A DNA stretch of 32,000 bases from positions 1,140,001 through 1,172,000 of the forward strand of contig OW818675.1 in assembly GCA_942493095.1 (NCBI GenBank). The letters run 5' to 3'. The notes under the pieces are model-generated. The model saw nothing but the letters and a program-made list of their open reading frames with translations, was not told the DNA's origin and ran no database searches. A program made the position numbers and the translations under genes. Below, piece by piece: positions 7,909-16,184 of this stretch; positions within the stretch are counted from its first letter, which is position 1; every line of letters starts with the position of its first letter. Source of the stretch: Candidatus Electronema halotolerans. Lineage in GTDB: Bacteria > Desulfobacterota > Desulfobulbia > Desulfobulbales > Desulfobulbaceae.

Positions 7909-9234
7909 ATGCGATGTCACATAAAGATTATTCTGCTCGCGCATTGTTTTCTTTTAGTTCTTCTGGCTGTGTTAATTTTTTATATCCAGCATGAAAAACA
8001 ACAAGAGAAAGAACCAAATACTATTTATATAGGAATTGCTTGGGCAGACTATGACAGTTTTATTGATGGGGCCGAATTAGCTGTTTCTGAAGCAACCAAG
8101 GCTGGAGGTGTGCTGGATAAAAAAATTCAATTGGTGATCAATACGGATGAATCTGAGGCCGTAGCCATGCTGAAAAAAGAATCGTCCATTCTGATCGGCG
8201 ACCGCATTAAAGAACCATCACGAAAAGTTGCCCGTTATTTTGCCGACTACTCTCCAAAAATTACAGCAGTCATTGGTCATGGATACTCATTCATGGCAGT
8301 GTCGGCAGCAAGTCTGTATCAGCAAAAAAAAATAGTTTTTATTACTCCCAGCGCGACGAATGGTATCCTGACGAGCATGGGTTTTACTTATGTTTTTAGA
8401 ATGATGCCGAAAAACAGCGCGCAGGGTTACCAGCTTGGCAAGTACAGTGTTGCAAAGAAAATTAAAAGAGCTGTAGTGTTTTATGAGCGTACTGAATATG
8501 CTTTTGAGCTTGGGCAGGCTTTCCGGCAATTTGCTGCACGCCATGGCATAGATGTAGTTCTTCAATTTCCATTCCTGCAAATGAAAAACGAATTCACCGA
8601 ACTGCCCGGATGTGTTGCTGAAACAAAGAAAATACATAAAGAAAGTCCTGTTGATGCAGTATTTATATTTACAGGAGGATCTCTGGCAAAAAAAATAATT
8701 CATGAATTTTACAAGAGAAATGTTAACGATGTGCAGTTCATAGCTGGAGAAAGTGCTAATGATGAAGAGTTCTGGGATGAAGTCAAACTACTACAGGGCG
8801 AATCAGGAAAACCTGCTGCAGCAAGCACGCCAAGTATATTTAACAGTAATAATACAGATACTCTTGTGCAAAATTTCAAGAAAAACTTTACAGAAACATA
8901 CAGTCAGGAGCCAGATTATGTTGCCGCGCTCGGGTATGATTCAATTAACGTTATTATCAACGCAATCAAAAATGCAGGCAGCAGTGACTCTGCTGATGTT
9001 GCAAATGAAATTAGATACATGTATCCATGCCGGGGCGTGACAGGAAGAATTGCCTTTGATGAAAACGGCGACCCAGATGATAAATTGTATCTGATCAGAA
9101 GCACTGCCGGAAACGATTTTGAATATCATGATTTAAACGGCAATATTATTGAACGGTTTGATGCTGAAACAGAAGGCCTGCCTGAATGCACAGCCATATT
9201 TAAAGCAATCAGCACGTCCTCTTCATCTGACTGA
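7909..9234 (+). CDS. Membrane-anchored type-I periplasmic-binding-fold protein (Leu/Ile/Val-binding, Peripla_BP_6-like)
   Basis: ATG 7909 gives an N-terminal anchor MRCHIKIILLAHCFLLVLLAVLIFYI. The body (IYIGIAWADYDSFIDGAELAVSEA...LVINTDES...VIGHGYSFMAVSAASLYQQKKIVFITPSATN...FRMMPKNSAQGYQLGKY...AVVFYERTEYAFELGQAF) follows the pattern of branched-chain amino-acid ABC substrate-binding proteins. The TTG 7873 start in the track overlaps the rSAM gene and is less likely. Confidence 0.65.
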   Translation: MRCHIKIILLAHCFLLVLLAVLIFYIQHEKQQEKEPNTIYIGIAWADYDSFIDGAELAVSEATKAGGVLDKKIQLVINTDESEAVAMLKKESSILIGDRIKEPSRKVARYFADYSPKITAVIGHGYSFMAVSAASLYQQKKIVFITPSATNGILTSMGFTYVFRMMPKNSAQGYQLGKYSVAKKIKRAVVFYERTEYAFELGQAFRQFAARHGIDVVLQFPFLQMKNEFTELPGCVAETKKIHKESPVDAVFIFTGGSLAKKIIHEFYKRNVNDVQFIAGESANDEEFWDEVKLLQGESGKPAAASTPSIFNSNNTDTLVQNFKKNFTETYSQEPDYVAALGYDSINVIINAIKNAGSSDSADVANEIRYMYPCRGVTGRIAFDENGDPDDKLYLIRSTAGNDFEYHDLNGNIIERFDAETEGLPECTAIFKAISTSSSSD

Positions 9235-9393
9235 CGCTATAGCTAGCGGTTGCACGCTAAGTGAATATCAAATGGACTTATTCTATCTACTCAAACCTGA
9301 AGCCGCTATATATCACCCTGAAAAGCAGCTTCAAACACAGCACTCCTGTGGAGCGTCCCACAGGGTAATCATCAATCAAAAAAGAGAGAAATT

Positions 9394-9999
9394 ATGAAAA
9401 AGTTTGCTTTGAAACTCTCAGCAGCGGCACTATGCTTTTTAGCAACTGCTAATTTGGCAGCAGCGGCATCCTCTGGACACAAGGAAACTCGCCAGCTTGA
9501 TCCTGTCCTTCTGAAGACTGTTGGTCAGGCTTTACTCGAAAGGCAGCAGGTAGAGATCGAAAAAAGATACCCTGCCATGCTGTTTAAGCCAGAAATGATG
9601 AACAAAATGATGGGCGAGCTGGCCTTGCAGACTTCCATGCAGAATGCTGTCCAGCCAGTCATCATGAATATGGTTATGGGAATACTTACGAACAACGGTC
9701 AAGGACAGCAAGATGCTGTGAGTAACTTTGCTAACCTGCGTGAACAGATTGTTAAAACACAGCAGGAAGCCATGATGAATATGCATGCACAGGCTCCAAT
9801 GCAAAGTCAGATGCGGGAGAAGATGGTAAATGCAATAGCCCCAACAGGATATTTGCAGGATATATTCATGCCGAGACAGAAGGCTATGACACAAGGGGAG
9901 TTCCATGCTGGCTTTTTTCTACAAGAGCAGATGAAGACAAACCCGGTGCCTCTGCCGGGAATAGAACCGGTGCCTCCACAGTATCCACCGAAAAAATAA
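9394..9999 (+). CDS. Secreted Met/Gln-rich protein of unknown function
   Basis: Signal peptide MKKFALKLSAAALCFLATANLAAAA. The mature part is unusually rich in Met and Gln (MMNKMMGELALQTSMQNAVQPVIMNMVMG...QQEAMMNMHAQAPMQSQMREKM). I recognise no family. Confidence 0.6.
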   Translation: MKKFALKLSAAALCFLATANLAAAASSGHKETRQLDPVLLKTVGQALLERQQVEIEKRYPAMLFKPEMMNKMMGELALQTSMQNAVQPVIMNMVMGILTNNGQGQQDAVSNFANLREQIVKTQQEAMMNMHAQAPMQSQMREKMVNAIAPTGYLQDIFMPRQKAMTQGEFHAGFFLQEQMKTNPVPLPGIEPVPPQYPPKK

Positions 10000-10089
10000 T
10001 TAGGTGGATTCAGGGCAGTTTCGGATTGAGCAGACCCAGATGTATGTAATAATTTGGCATTTGCTCAACCAGAAACTGCTGCATGGCAA

Positions 10090-10118
10090 CTCCCTCAGAA
10101 AAGCCGAGGGAGATTTTT
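10090..10118 (+). terminator. Rho-independent terminator candidate downstream of the Met-rich protein gene
   Basis: ctccctc (10090-10096) pairs with gagggag (10106-10112), followed by ATTTTT (10113-10118). Confidence 0.5.
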
Positions 10119-10128
10119 GAACTGTTTT

Positions 10129-10150
10129 AACATCTTCAATTGAAGATGTT
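10129..10150. promoter_or_regulatory. Perfect 22-bp palindrome (operator-like, or a second hairpin terminator)
   Basis: aacatcttcaa|ttgaagatgtt is perfectly self-complementary, flanked by T-runs, and lies 66 nt upstream of the ATG at 10216. Confidence 0.4.
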
Positions 10151-10215
10151 TTAAGCATAGATTACTTGCCGCTGTTGTTGCGGTTTGAATTCAACTTAAC
10201 AGAGATGATCTTGTC

Positions 10216-10647
10216 ATGAAAATATATTCTACAGCAATAATCCTGTTTTCTTTGTTAGTCAGTAGCACTGCCGTTTTTTCTGCCCCGATTTTTTCTCCTC
10301 ATGTCTGTAGTGGATATAACCAAAAAGGTGGCTCTTGTGTCGCCTCTTGCAAAGCTGGTGAAATTTCAGTATGTCGTGATGCTTCTGATGCAAACGATCC
10401 GCAATGCTATTGCAAAGCAGGAAATAGTGATCGTTCGTTTAATGGTTTTTTGGATAGCCTGAAAATTGAAGCAATCAAAGACAATAACCATTCGCTAGCT
10501 GTTGTTGCAGATATCATTTTACAGGCAGACAGAGACCTTTTTCCTGAAGGAGAAAGGCTGGTGGCCGCTACAGCTCTATGCGATGCCCGACCACCAGAAC
10601 CTCTATACTGCTCAATAAGACTTCCCGATGTGCTGCCATTGCCATAG
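10216..10647 (+). CDS. Secreted Cys-rich protein of unknown function
   Basis: Signal peptide MKIYSTAIILFSLLVSSTAVFSA. The N-terminal module has 7 Cys in about 40 aa (HVCSGYNQKGGSCVASCKAGEISVCRDASDANDPQCYCKAGN). I recognise no family. Confidence 0.55.
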   Translation: MKIYSTAIILFSLLVSSTAVFSAPIFSPHVCSGYNQKGGSCVASCKAGEISVCRDASDANDPQCYCKAGNSDRSFNGFLDSLKIEAIKDNNHSLAVVADIILQADRDLFPEGERLVAATALCDARPPEPLYCSIRLPDVLPLP

Positions 10648-10814
10648 TTCAGCAACGTGATTGTGCTCTGCGCATAAATCATGATGTGTCATATTTCTTG
10701 ACAGTGTGCAGTGCATATTAGTTTAGAGCAGAGAGCTTTTATGATTTTTCATCTTGAAAACTCTCTGTTTTCTATACGCTGCTTCATTTTTTCTGAAACA
10801 GGTTCTTCTTTGCC

Positions 10815-11336
10815 ATGCCAACGCCTTTCTCGCAGACTGCCCAAGCCCTGCAAGCAGATCAGGGACGTTTCAGTTTGCTGAGTTTAAGTGTCGCTGTTGT
10901 GATTCTCCTGCTCTGGTGCTGGTGGCTGTTTTATGCGCCTGTCTATCTTTCTGTCAGCAGCACCCAGCTGCACGTGACCTCAGTCGAGCAGCCGACATGG
11001 AAGCTGTCTGAGGGCAGTGGACGGCCAGCAGCGTACCAACAGTATGAAGTGCAGGCGCAGTTCACTCCGGCAGATGCGGCCAACATTAAGGTCGGGCAAG
11101 CGGCAAAGCTGTTTCTGCGCAGCTCAGACACCCTGCCACGACGGCCTCTGCCAGCAATTGTGGCGCAGGTGCAGGCGGACAAGGGGCTTGTCTCTCTCAG
11201 GCTGGAGCTGCCGCAGGAAACCTCAGCCAAGACCTTGGCAGGGACAACCGTTGAGCGGGCCGAAATAGCGATTGCCAAGACATCGCCGGTGAATTTTCTG
11301 CTCCACACTTCATTCGGCATCAAGGCAGTTGACTGA
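10815..11336 (+). CDS. Miniature HlyD-family membrane fusion / secretion accessory protein (173 aa)
   Basis: The N-terminus FSQTAQALQADQGRFSLLSL plus one TM helix (VAVVILLLWCWWLFYAPV) matches the HlyD-type start. The C-terminus (GQAAKLFLRS...AIVAQVQAD...VSLRLELP...VERAEIAIAKTSPVNFLL) matches the HlyD beta-barrel end. The central coiled-coil/lipoyl region seems absent. The stop is 3 nt before the PCAT start. Confidence 0.55.
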   Translation: MPTPFSQTAQALQADQGRFSLLSLSVAVVILLLWCWWLFYAPVYLSVSSTQLHVTSVEQPTWKLSEGSGRPAAYQQYEVQAQFTPADAANIKVGQAAKLFLRSSDTLPRRPLPAIVAQVQADKGLVSLRLELPQETSAKTLAGTTVERAEIAIAKTSPVNFLLHTSFGIKAVD

Positions 11337-11339
11337 CCG

Positions 11340-14054
11340 ATGACAAAAATTGCCTCTTTTCTGGGAATGCGGCAGGATGGCCGCCGTTTTCTCATCCCGG
11401 AAGTGGTGCAAAGCTCGATGATGGACTGCGGGCCTGCGGCCTTGAAAGCCCTGCTGGCCGGATTCAACATTCAGGTCCATTACGACCGGCTCCGGGAAGC
11501 CTGCCAGACTGACGTGGATGGCACCTCCATCGACACTTTGGAGGATTTGGCAGTCCAGCTCGGTCTTGATGCCGTGCAGGTGATGCTGCCTGCGGATCAT
11601 CTCTTTCTCGCCTCAGCAGAAGCCCTGCCCGCGCTGGTGGTGGTGCGGCAGCCGAACGGCTTCACTCATTTCATTGTCTTATGGCGGCTGCATGGCCGCT
11701 GGGCGCAGATTCTTGATCCGGGCACAGGCCGTCATTGGCTCCGCATCGAACAGCTCAAGCAGCGGCTCTACCTGCACCAGCAGAACATTGCGACAGAAGA
11801 CTGGCAGGAATGGTTAAAAAGTCCGGCCTTCTGCGAACCGCTTCAGGAACGGCTGGTCCTGCTCTGCGGCGATCCGGCTTGGTCTGAAGACATTGTCGAA
11901 GAGGCCCGGGCCGCTCAGGGCTGGCAGGAGCTGGCCGCTTTGGATGCAGCGGTGCGGATGACCCAGTCCTTGGTCCGGGCCAAAGGCGTGGGCCGGGGCA
12001 GCAAGGCCGGTCTGCTGGCCCAGCAGCTCGCCTGGCAGCCGGAGAAAATTCCCCTGTTGTACTGGTCAGCCCGGAAAGTGCCTGAAGACAGCAGTTCCGT
12101 GATTATTCAAGGGGCGGTGCTCATTCATGTGGCTGGCCTGCTGGAGCCGGAAGAGGACTTGGAAGAAGAAAGCGGCTCTGATTTCACCCCTGATCAGGAG
12201 AGCGGGCCGTCATCCGCCGCCTTGCGGGCCGCTCTCAGCGAGCCGCCGCCGCCCAGCCCGGAGCAGCATATAGCAAGTGCCCTGCGCGAGGATGGTCTGC
12301 TTGTTCCCCTGCTGATGCTCGCTGGCGTGGTGCTGGCCGGGTTCAGCATCTGCATGGAAATTGTCATGCTGCGCAGTCTGATGGAGGTCTGTCAGCAGAC
12401 GCAGCTCATCAACCAGCAGACAGAGACCTTTGCCGCAGTGACCCTGTTTCTCTGCTGCCTGCTCCTGCTGGAATGGCCTTTGGGACTTGTCGCTTTAGGA
12501 CTGGGCCGCCGTTTTGAAGTCCGGCTGCGGCAGCGTTTTTTGGCAAAACTGCCCAAGCTGGAAGACCGCTATTTTCACAGCCGTCTCACTTCAGACATGA
12601 TTCAGCGGGCCTACGAGCTACAGCAGCTTCAGTTCATTCCCCTGCTGGGCATGAATTTCCTTAAAATGCTTGTTCATGCCCTCTGCATCACCGCTGGCCT
12701 GATTGCGCTCTACCCGGAAGGAGCTTTTCTGATTCTGCTGACCAGTGCGGCCAACATCGCCTTTGCCCTGCTCAGTCAGCCGCTGATGCAGGAGCAGGAC
12801 ATGCGCTTCCGCACCCATACGGCCAGCCTCAGCCGATTCTATTTGGATTCGCTGCAAGGCTTGCTGCCGATCCGCAGTCACGGAGCGGAAAAAGCCCTGC
12901 GCAGCGAGCATGAGCGGCTCTTGGTTGACTGGGCGCGGGCTGGGGGCGAATTTTTCCGCACCTTTGAATGGCTGACGCTCTTCGGTTCCCTGTTGAGCAC
13001 CGGCATGGCCATCTGGTTATTTTTCGACTACATGCACTCCGGCGGCGGCAGCAGCAACACCCTGATCCTGCTTTACTGGATGCTGATGCTGCCCAATCTT
13101 GGCCGTTCCTTGGCCGAGCTGGCCCAGCAGTATCCCTCGCTGCGCAACCGCCTCCTGCGCCTGCTTGAGCCGCTCAACGCCCCGGATGCCAGTCGGCATT
13201 GGTATCCGGCAGAGCAGGAGGAAAATCAGGAGGAGCAGCGCGCAGGCGCGGCAGTGCGGTTTGAGGATGTCAGCGTGGTGCTTTCCGGCCAGACAGTCCT
13301 GAACAATTTGCAGGCCGAGCTGCGTGCAGGAGAACACGTGGCAGTGGTCGGCGCATCTGGGGCGGGCAAATCCACTCTTGTCGGCCTGCTGCTCGGCTGG
13401 CACCGGCCTGCTCAAGGCGGCGCGGTGCGGATCGATGGCAGGCTGCTCCAAGGCGATTTCCTTCAGCAGCTCCGCCGAGAGCTGGTCTGGGTTGACCCCG
13501 AAGTGCAGCTCTGGAATCGTTCGTTCCGCGACAATCTCAGCTATGGCAATGACAGCGGCGACGAGCTGCCGCTGGATATCCTCAGTCAGGCTGACTTGAT
13601 AGACGTGCTGGCCCGCCTGCCAGAGGGCGAGGAAACCCTGCTGGGCGAAAACGGCGGTCTGCTCTCCGGCGGCGAGGGACAACGGGTCAGGCTGGGCCGG
13701 GGCATGAACCGCAGCAGTCCTCGCTTGGTGATTCTTGATGAGCCGTTTCGCGGCTTGACACGCGGCCAACGGCGGGAGCTGTTGACCAAGGCCCGCCGCT
13801 GCTGGCAGACCGCCACCTTGATTTTCATCTCTCATGATGTCAGCGACAGCTTGGGATTTGACCGGGTCTGGATGATGGCGGACGGCGAGCTGATTGAGGA
13901 TGATCACCCGGAAACGCTGGCCGGCCAGCCGGATTCCGCCTATGCCCGCCTGCTGAAACAGGAACGGGCGGTCCGCGAGCAGGTCTGGGAGAGCACTGAC
14001 TGGGTCCGGCTCCGCATTGACAACGGCAGGCTGCACGGCCATGCTGCGGATTGA
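11340..14054 (+). CDS. Peptidase-C39-domain ABC transporter (PCAT, bacteriocin/RiPP-type exporter), elongated form (904 aa)
   Basis: C39 triad context: MMDCGPAAL (Cys30, 11427-11429), GFTHFIVLW, ILDPGTG. A transmembrane domain follows. NBD motifs: Walker A GASGAGKST, signature LSGGEGQRVRLGR, Walker B LVILDEPF. An extra segment of about 170 aa containing an acidic stretch (EPEEDLEEESGSDFTPDQESG) lies between the peptidase and the TMD. Confidence 0.85.
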   Translation: MTKIASFLGMRQDGRRFLIPEVVQSSMMDCGPAALKALLAGFNIQVHYDRLREACQTDVDGTSIDTLEDLAVQLGLDAVQVMLPADHLFLASAEALPALVVVRQPNGFTHFIVLWRLHGRWAQILDPGTGRHWLRIEQLKQRLYLHQQNIATEDWQEWLKSPAFCEPLQERLVLLCGDPAWSEDIVEEARAAQGWQELAALDAAVRMTQSLVRAKGVGRGSKAGLLAQQLAWQPEKIPLLYWSARKVPEDSSSVIIQGAVLIHVAGLLEPEEDLEEESGSDFTPDQESGPSSAALRAALSEPPPPSPEQHIASALREDGLLVPLLMLAGVVLAGFSICMEIVMLRSLMEVCQQTQLINQQTETFAAVTLFLCCLLLLEWPLGLVALGLGRRFEVRLRQRFLAKLPKLEDRYFHSRLTSDMIQRAYELQQLQFIPLLGMNFLKMLVHALCITAGLIALYPEGAFLILLTSAANIAFALLSQPLMQEQDMRFRTHTASLSRFYLDSLQGLLPIRSHGAEKALRSEHERLLVDWARAGGEFFRTFEWLTLFGSLLSTGMAIWLFFDYMHSGGGSSNTLILLYWMLMLPNLGRSLAELAQQYPSLRNRLLRLLEPLNAPDASRHWYPAEQEENQEEQRAGAAVRFEDVSVVLSGQTVLNNLQAELRAGEHVAVVGASGAGKSTLVGLLLGWHRPAQGGAVRIDGRLLQGDFLQQLRRELVWVDPEVQLWNRSFRDNLSYGNDSGDELPLDILSQADLIDVLARLPEGEETLLGENGGLLSGGEGQRVRLGRGMNRSSPRLVILDEPFRGLTRGQRRELLTKARRCWQTATLIFISHDVSDSLGFDRVWMMADGELIEDDHPETLAGQPDSAYARLLKQERAVREQVWESTDWVRLRIDNGRLHGHAAD

Positions 14055-14077
14055 ACCTCTGCTCATGAAGCGCAATT

Positions 14078-16174
14078 ATGATTTTTGAGCTTGTCCTGTT
14101 TGGCGGAGCCGCTGCGGTGTTCTTGGACAATCGGCGCAGCAGGCCAAGTGCGCCGTCCTGCCAGCGACTGACAAAAGGGTGTCAGTCCTGCCCAAAGCCG
14201 TGCCGCCGAAAAAAAGGCAGGCAGATGCGTGATCTGGTCACAGACCGGCACCGGCAGCAGCTCAAGCTGGAGCTTGAGCCGACCCAGGCGGCAGCCTTGG
14301 CAAAAGTGCGGCAGGAGAATCAGCAGACCATGCTGCTCTCGCTGACAGCGTTCAGCTTTTCCCTGCTTGGCAAGCTCATCCTGCCCTTGGTTTCGGTCAG
14401 CATTGCCATCATGCTCTATCTGCTGACCAAGAATATCGCGGACATTAAAAAGGATTTCCAGCGAGGGCAATATGTCAGCACCCATCTGCTCGGCCTGGTC
14501 ATGATCCTTGGCCTGATTGTCACGGACAACGTGGTCTTTGCCGCCATTTCAGTTCTGTCAAGCAGCTTCTTCTCCATGCTTGTCAGGCTGATCAACGAGA
14601 ATTCACAGCAGAAGCTGATCAGCGTCTTCAGCGAACACCCAGCCCAAGTTTGGCTCCTGCAAGATGGAGTTGAGATGCAAACAGATTTTTCCAGCCTTCA
14701 GCGTGGTGATCTTATCGTTGTCAATGCCGGGGAGATGATTCCGGCAGACGGCAGCATCACGGACGGAGAAGGGCTGGTGGATCAGCATCTGCTCACCGGA
14801 GAAAGCCTGCCTGCGGAAAAATCCAGCGGAGATGCGGTTGCCGCCGCAACTCTGCTTCTCAGCGGGCGGCTGGTGATCGCCGTGGCAGGCAGCGGCGAGG
14901 CGGCGATGGCTGCCGAGGTCAACGAAGCACTTGACCGGACGCAGCAGTACAAAGACACCTTGGTACTCCGAGGCCGCCGCATCTATGAGCAGTTTGCTCC
15001 GGTCACACTTGGCCTCAGCGCAGTGACGCTGCCAGTGCTGGGCGCGGATGCAGCCTTGGCCGTGCTGTGGTCTGACATGGGCAGCATTGCTGCGGATGCA
15101 GGCGCAGGCGCGCTGTTCAACTCTCTCCAGCTGTTGGCGCAGGAAGGCATCTTGGTCAAAGACGGCAGAGTCTTTGAGACCTTGCAGGATGTTGACACGG
15201 TTGTTTTTGACAAAACCGGCATCCTGACCTTGCCGCAGCCGACTGTGGGCAAAATTCACCTCTTTGCCGCTGCGGACGAAAAAACAGTGCTTTGCCATGC
15301 CGCTGCCGCAGAATACCGGCAGCAGCATCCGATTGCGCAGGCCATTCTTGCCCACGCCGCTGCCGAGCAGCTTGCTGTGCCGCTGCCGGAAAAAACAATT
15401 TCTGTGGCGGGCGGTGGAGTCAAAGTCTCTGCTGACGGCCAGACAATTGTTGTCGGCAGTGCCCGCTTTTTAGAACAAGAAGGGGTTGTTCTCCCGGAAG
15501 AGGCGTTGCTGGTGCAGCAGGCTGCCAGCAGCGGCCACACGCTCATTTATGTCAGTGCTGACAGCAGGCTGGTCGGCATTTTGGAACTGGAGCCAGCCCT
15601 GCGGCCAGAGGCGGCCAGCATCATCCGGCAATTGCAGAAACGGAATATCAGATGCTGCATCCTCTCTGGCGATCAGGAAAGTGCTGTCAGGCATGCGGCG
15701 GAACAGCTTGGCATCGAAGAATACTGCACTGCCGCGCTGCCTGTTGATAAATATAATTACATAAACGAGCTGCAAAAACAAGGAAGATCAGTCTGCTTTG
15801 TCGGCGATGGTCTCAACGATGTCATGGCCTTGAAAAATGCCCATATTTCGGTGTCTATGAAAGGCGCGGCAGATGCGGCGGTGAATACGGCCCAGATTAT
15901 CTTCACAGATGGAAACTTGGAAAAGCTGCTCAGATTTTTTGACAGATCAAATGAGTTTCAGGAACTGATGAAACGCAATTATTTCATCAGTGTTGCGCCG
16001 AGCGTATTCACCATTGCCGGGGTTTATCTGCTTCATTTCAGAATCACTGCTTCCTTTGCCATCTTCAGCGCAAGCTGCGTAGCTGCTTTTTGCAACACAG
16101 CATGGCCGCTGCTGGAAAAATGCGGAGATAAAGTGAAAATACTTCCTCATGCTGAGGACAAAAATTTAAAATAA
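14078..16174 (+). CDS. P-type ATPase paralogue 1, P1B-like but lacking CPx and HMA domains, with a degenerate DKTGILT motif
   Basis: LTGESLPAEK (TGES), DKTGILT (15209-15229), QQHPIAQAI (P1B-type HP motif), SGD, GDGLNDVMALK. There is no Cys-Pro-x motif and no proline in the helix preceding GILVKDGRV. A Cys cluster, CQRLTKGCQSCPKPC, lies at 14159-14203. The start is supported by the N-terminal helix MIFELVLFGGAAA, which is conserved in the two paralogues. Confidence 0.8.
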   Translation: MIFELVLFGGAAAVFLDNRRSRPSAPSCQRLTKGCQSCPKPCRRKKGRQMRDLVTDRHRQQLKLELEPTQAAALAKVRQENQQTMLLSLTAFSFSLLGKLILPLVSVSIAIMLYLLTKNIADIKKDFQRGQYVSTHLLGLVMILGLIVTDNVVFAAISVLSSSFFSMLVRLINENSQQKLISVFSEHPAQVWLLQDGVEMQTDFSSLQRGDLIVVNAGEMIPADGSITDGEGLVDQHLLTGESLPAEKSSGDAVAAATLLLSGRLVIAVAGSGEAAMAAEVNEALDRTQQYKDTLVLRGRRIYEQFAPVTLGLSAVTLPVLGADAALAVLWSDMGSIAADAGAGALFNSLQLLAQEGILVKDGRVFETLQDVDTVVFDKTGILTLPQPTVGKIHLFAAADEKTVLCHAAAAEYRQQHPIAQAILAHAAAEQLAVPLPEKTISVAGGGVKVSADGQTIVVGSARFLEQEGVVLPEEALLVQQAASSGHTLIYVSADSRLVGILELEPALRPEAASIIRQLQKRNIRCCILSGDQESAVRHAAEQLGIEEYCTAALPVDKYNYINELQKQGRSVCFVGDGLNDVMALKNAHISVSMKGAADAAVNTAQIIFTDGNLEKLLRFFDRSNEFQELMKRNYFISVAPSVFTIAGVYLLHFRITASFAIFSASCVAAFCNTAWPLLEKCGDKVKILPHAEDKNLK

Positions 16175-16184
16175 TGGTTGCAAG

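Noticed and set aside
6180-10700. AT-rich block considered as a mobile genetic element or genomic island
   Set aside because: I could find no integrase, transposase, recombinase, tRNA attachment site or flanking direct/inverted repeats. It is reported only as a compositional anomaly.
10754-11011. 85-aa Cys-rich ORF overlapping the HlyD start, considered as another precursor peptide
   Set aside because: It overlaps the HlyD-like gene in a different frame, has no RBS and shows no similarity to P1-P3.
13017-14075. 352-aa minus-strand ORF
   Set aside because: It is antisense to the PCAT nucleotide-binding domain, which carries clear Walker A, signature and Walker B motifs. It is a typical GC-rich shadow ORF with a low-complexity translation.
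14603-15355. 250-aa minus-strand ORF inside ATPase paralogue 1
   Set aside because: It is antisense to a region with unambiguous P-type ATPase motifs (TGES, DKTG). It has no RBS or recognisable domain.
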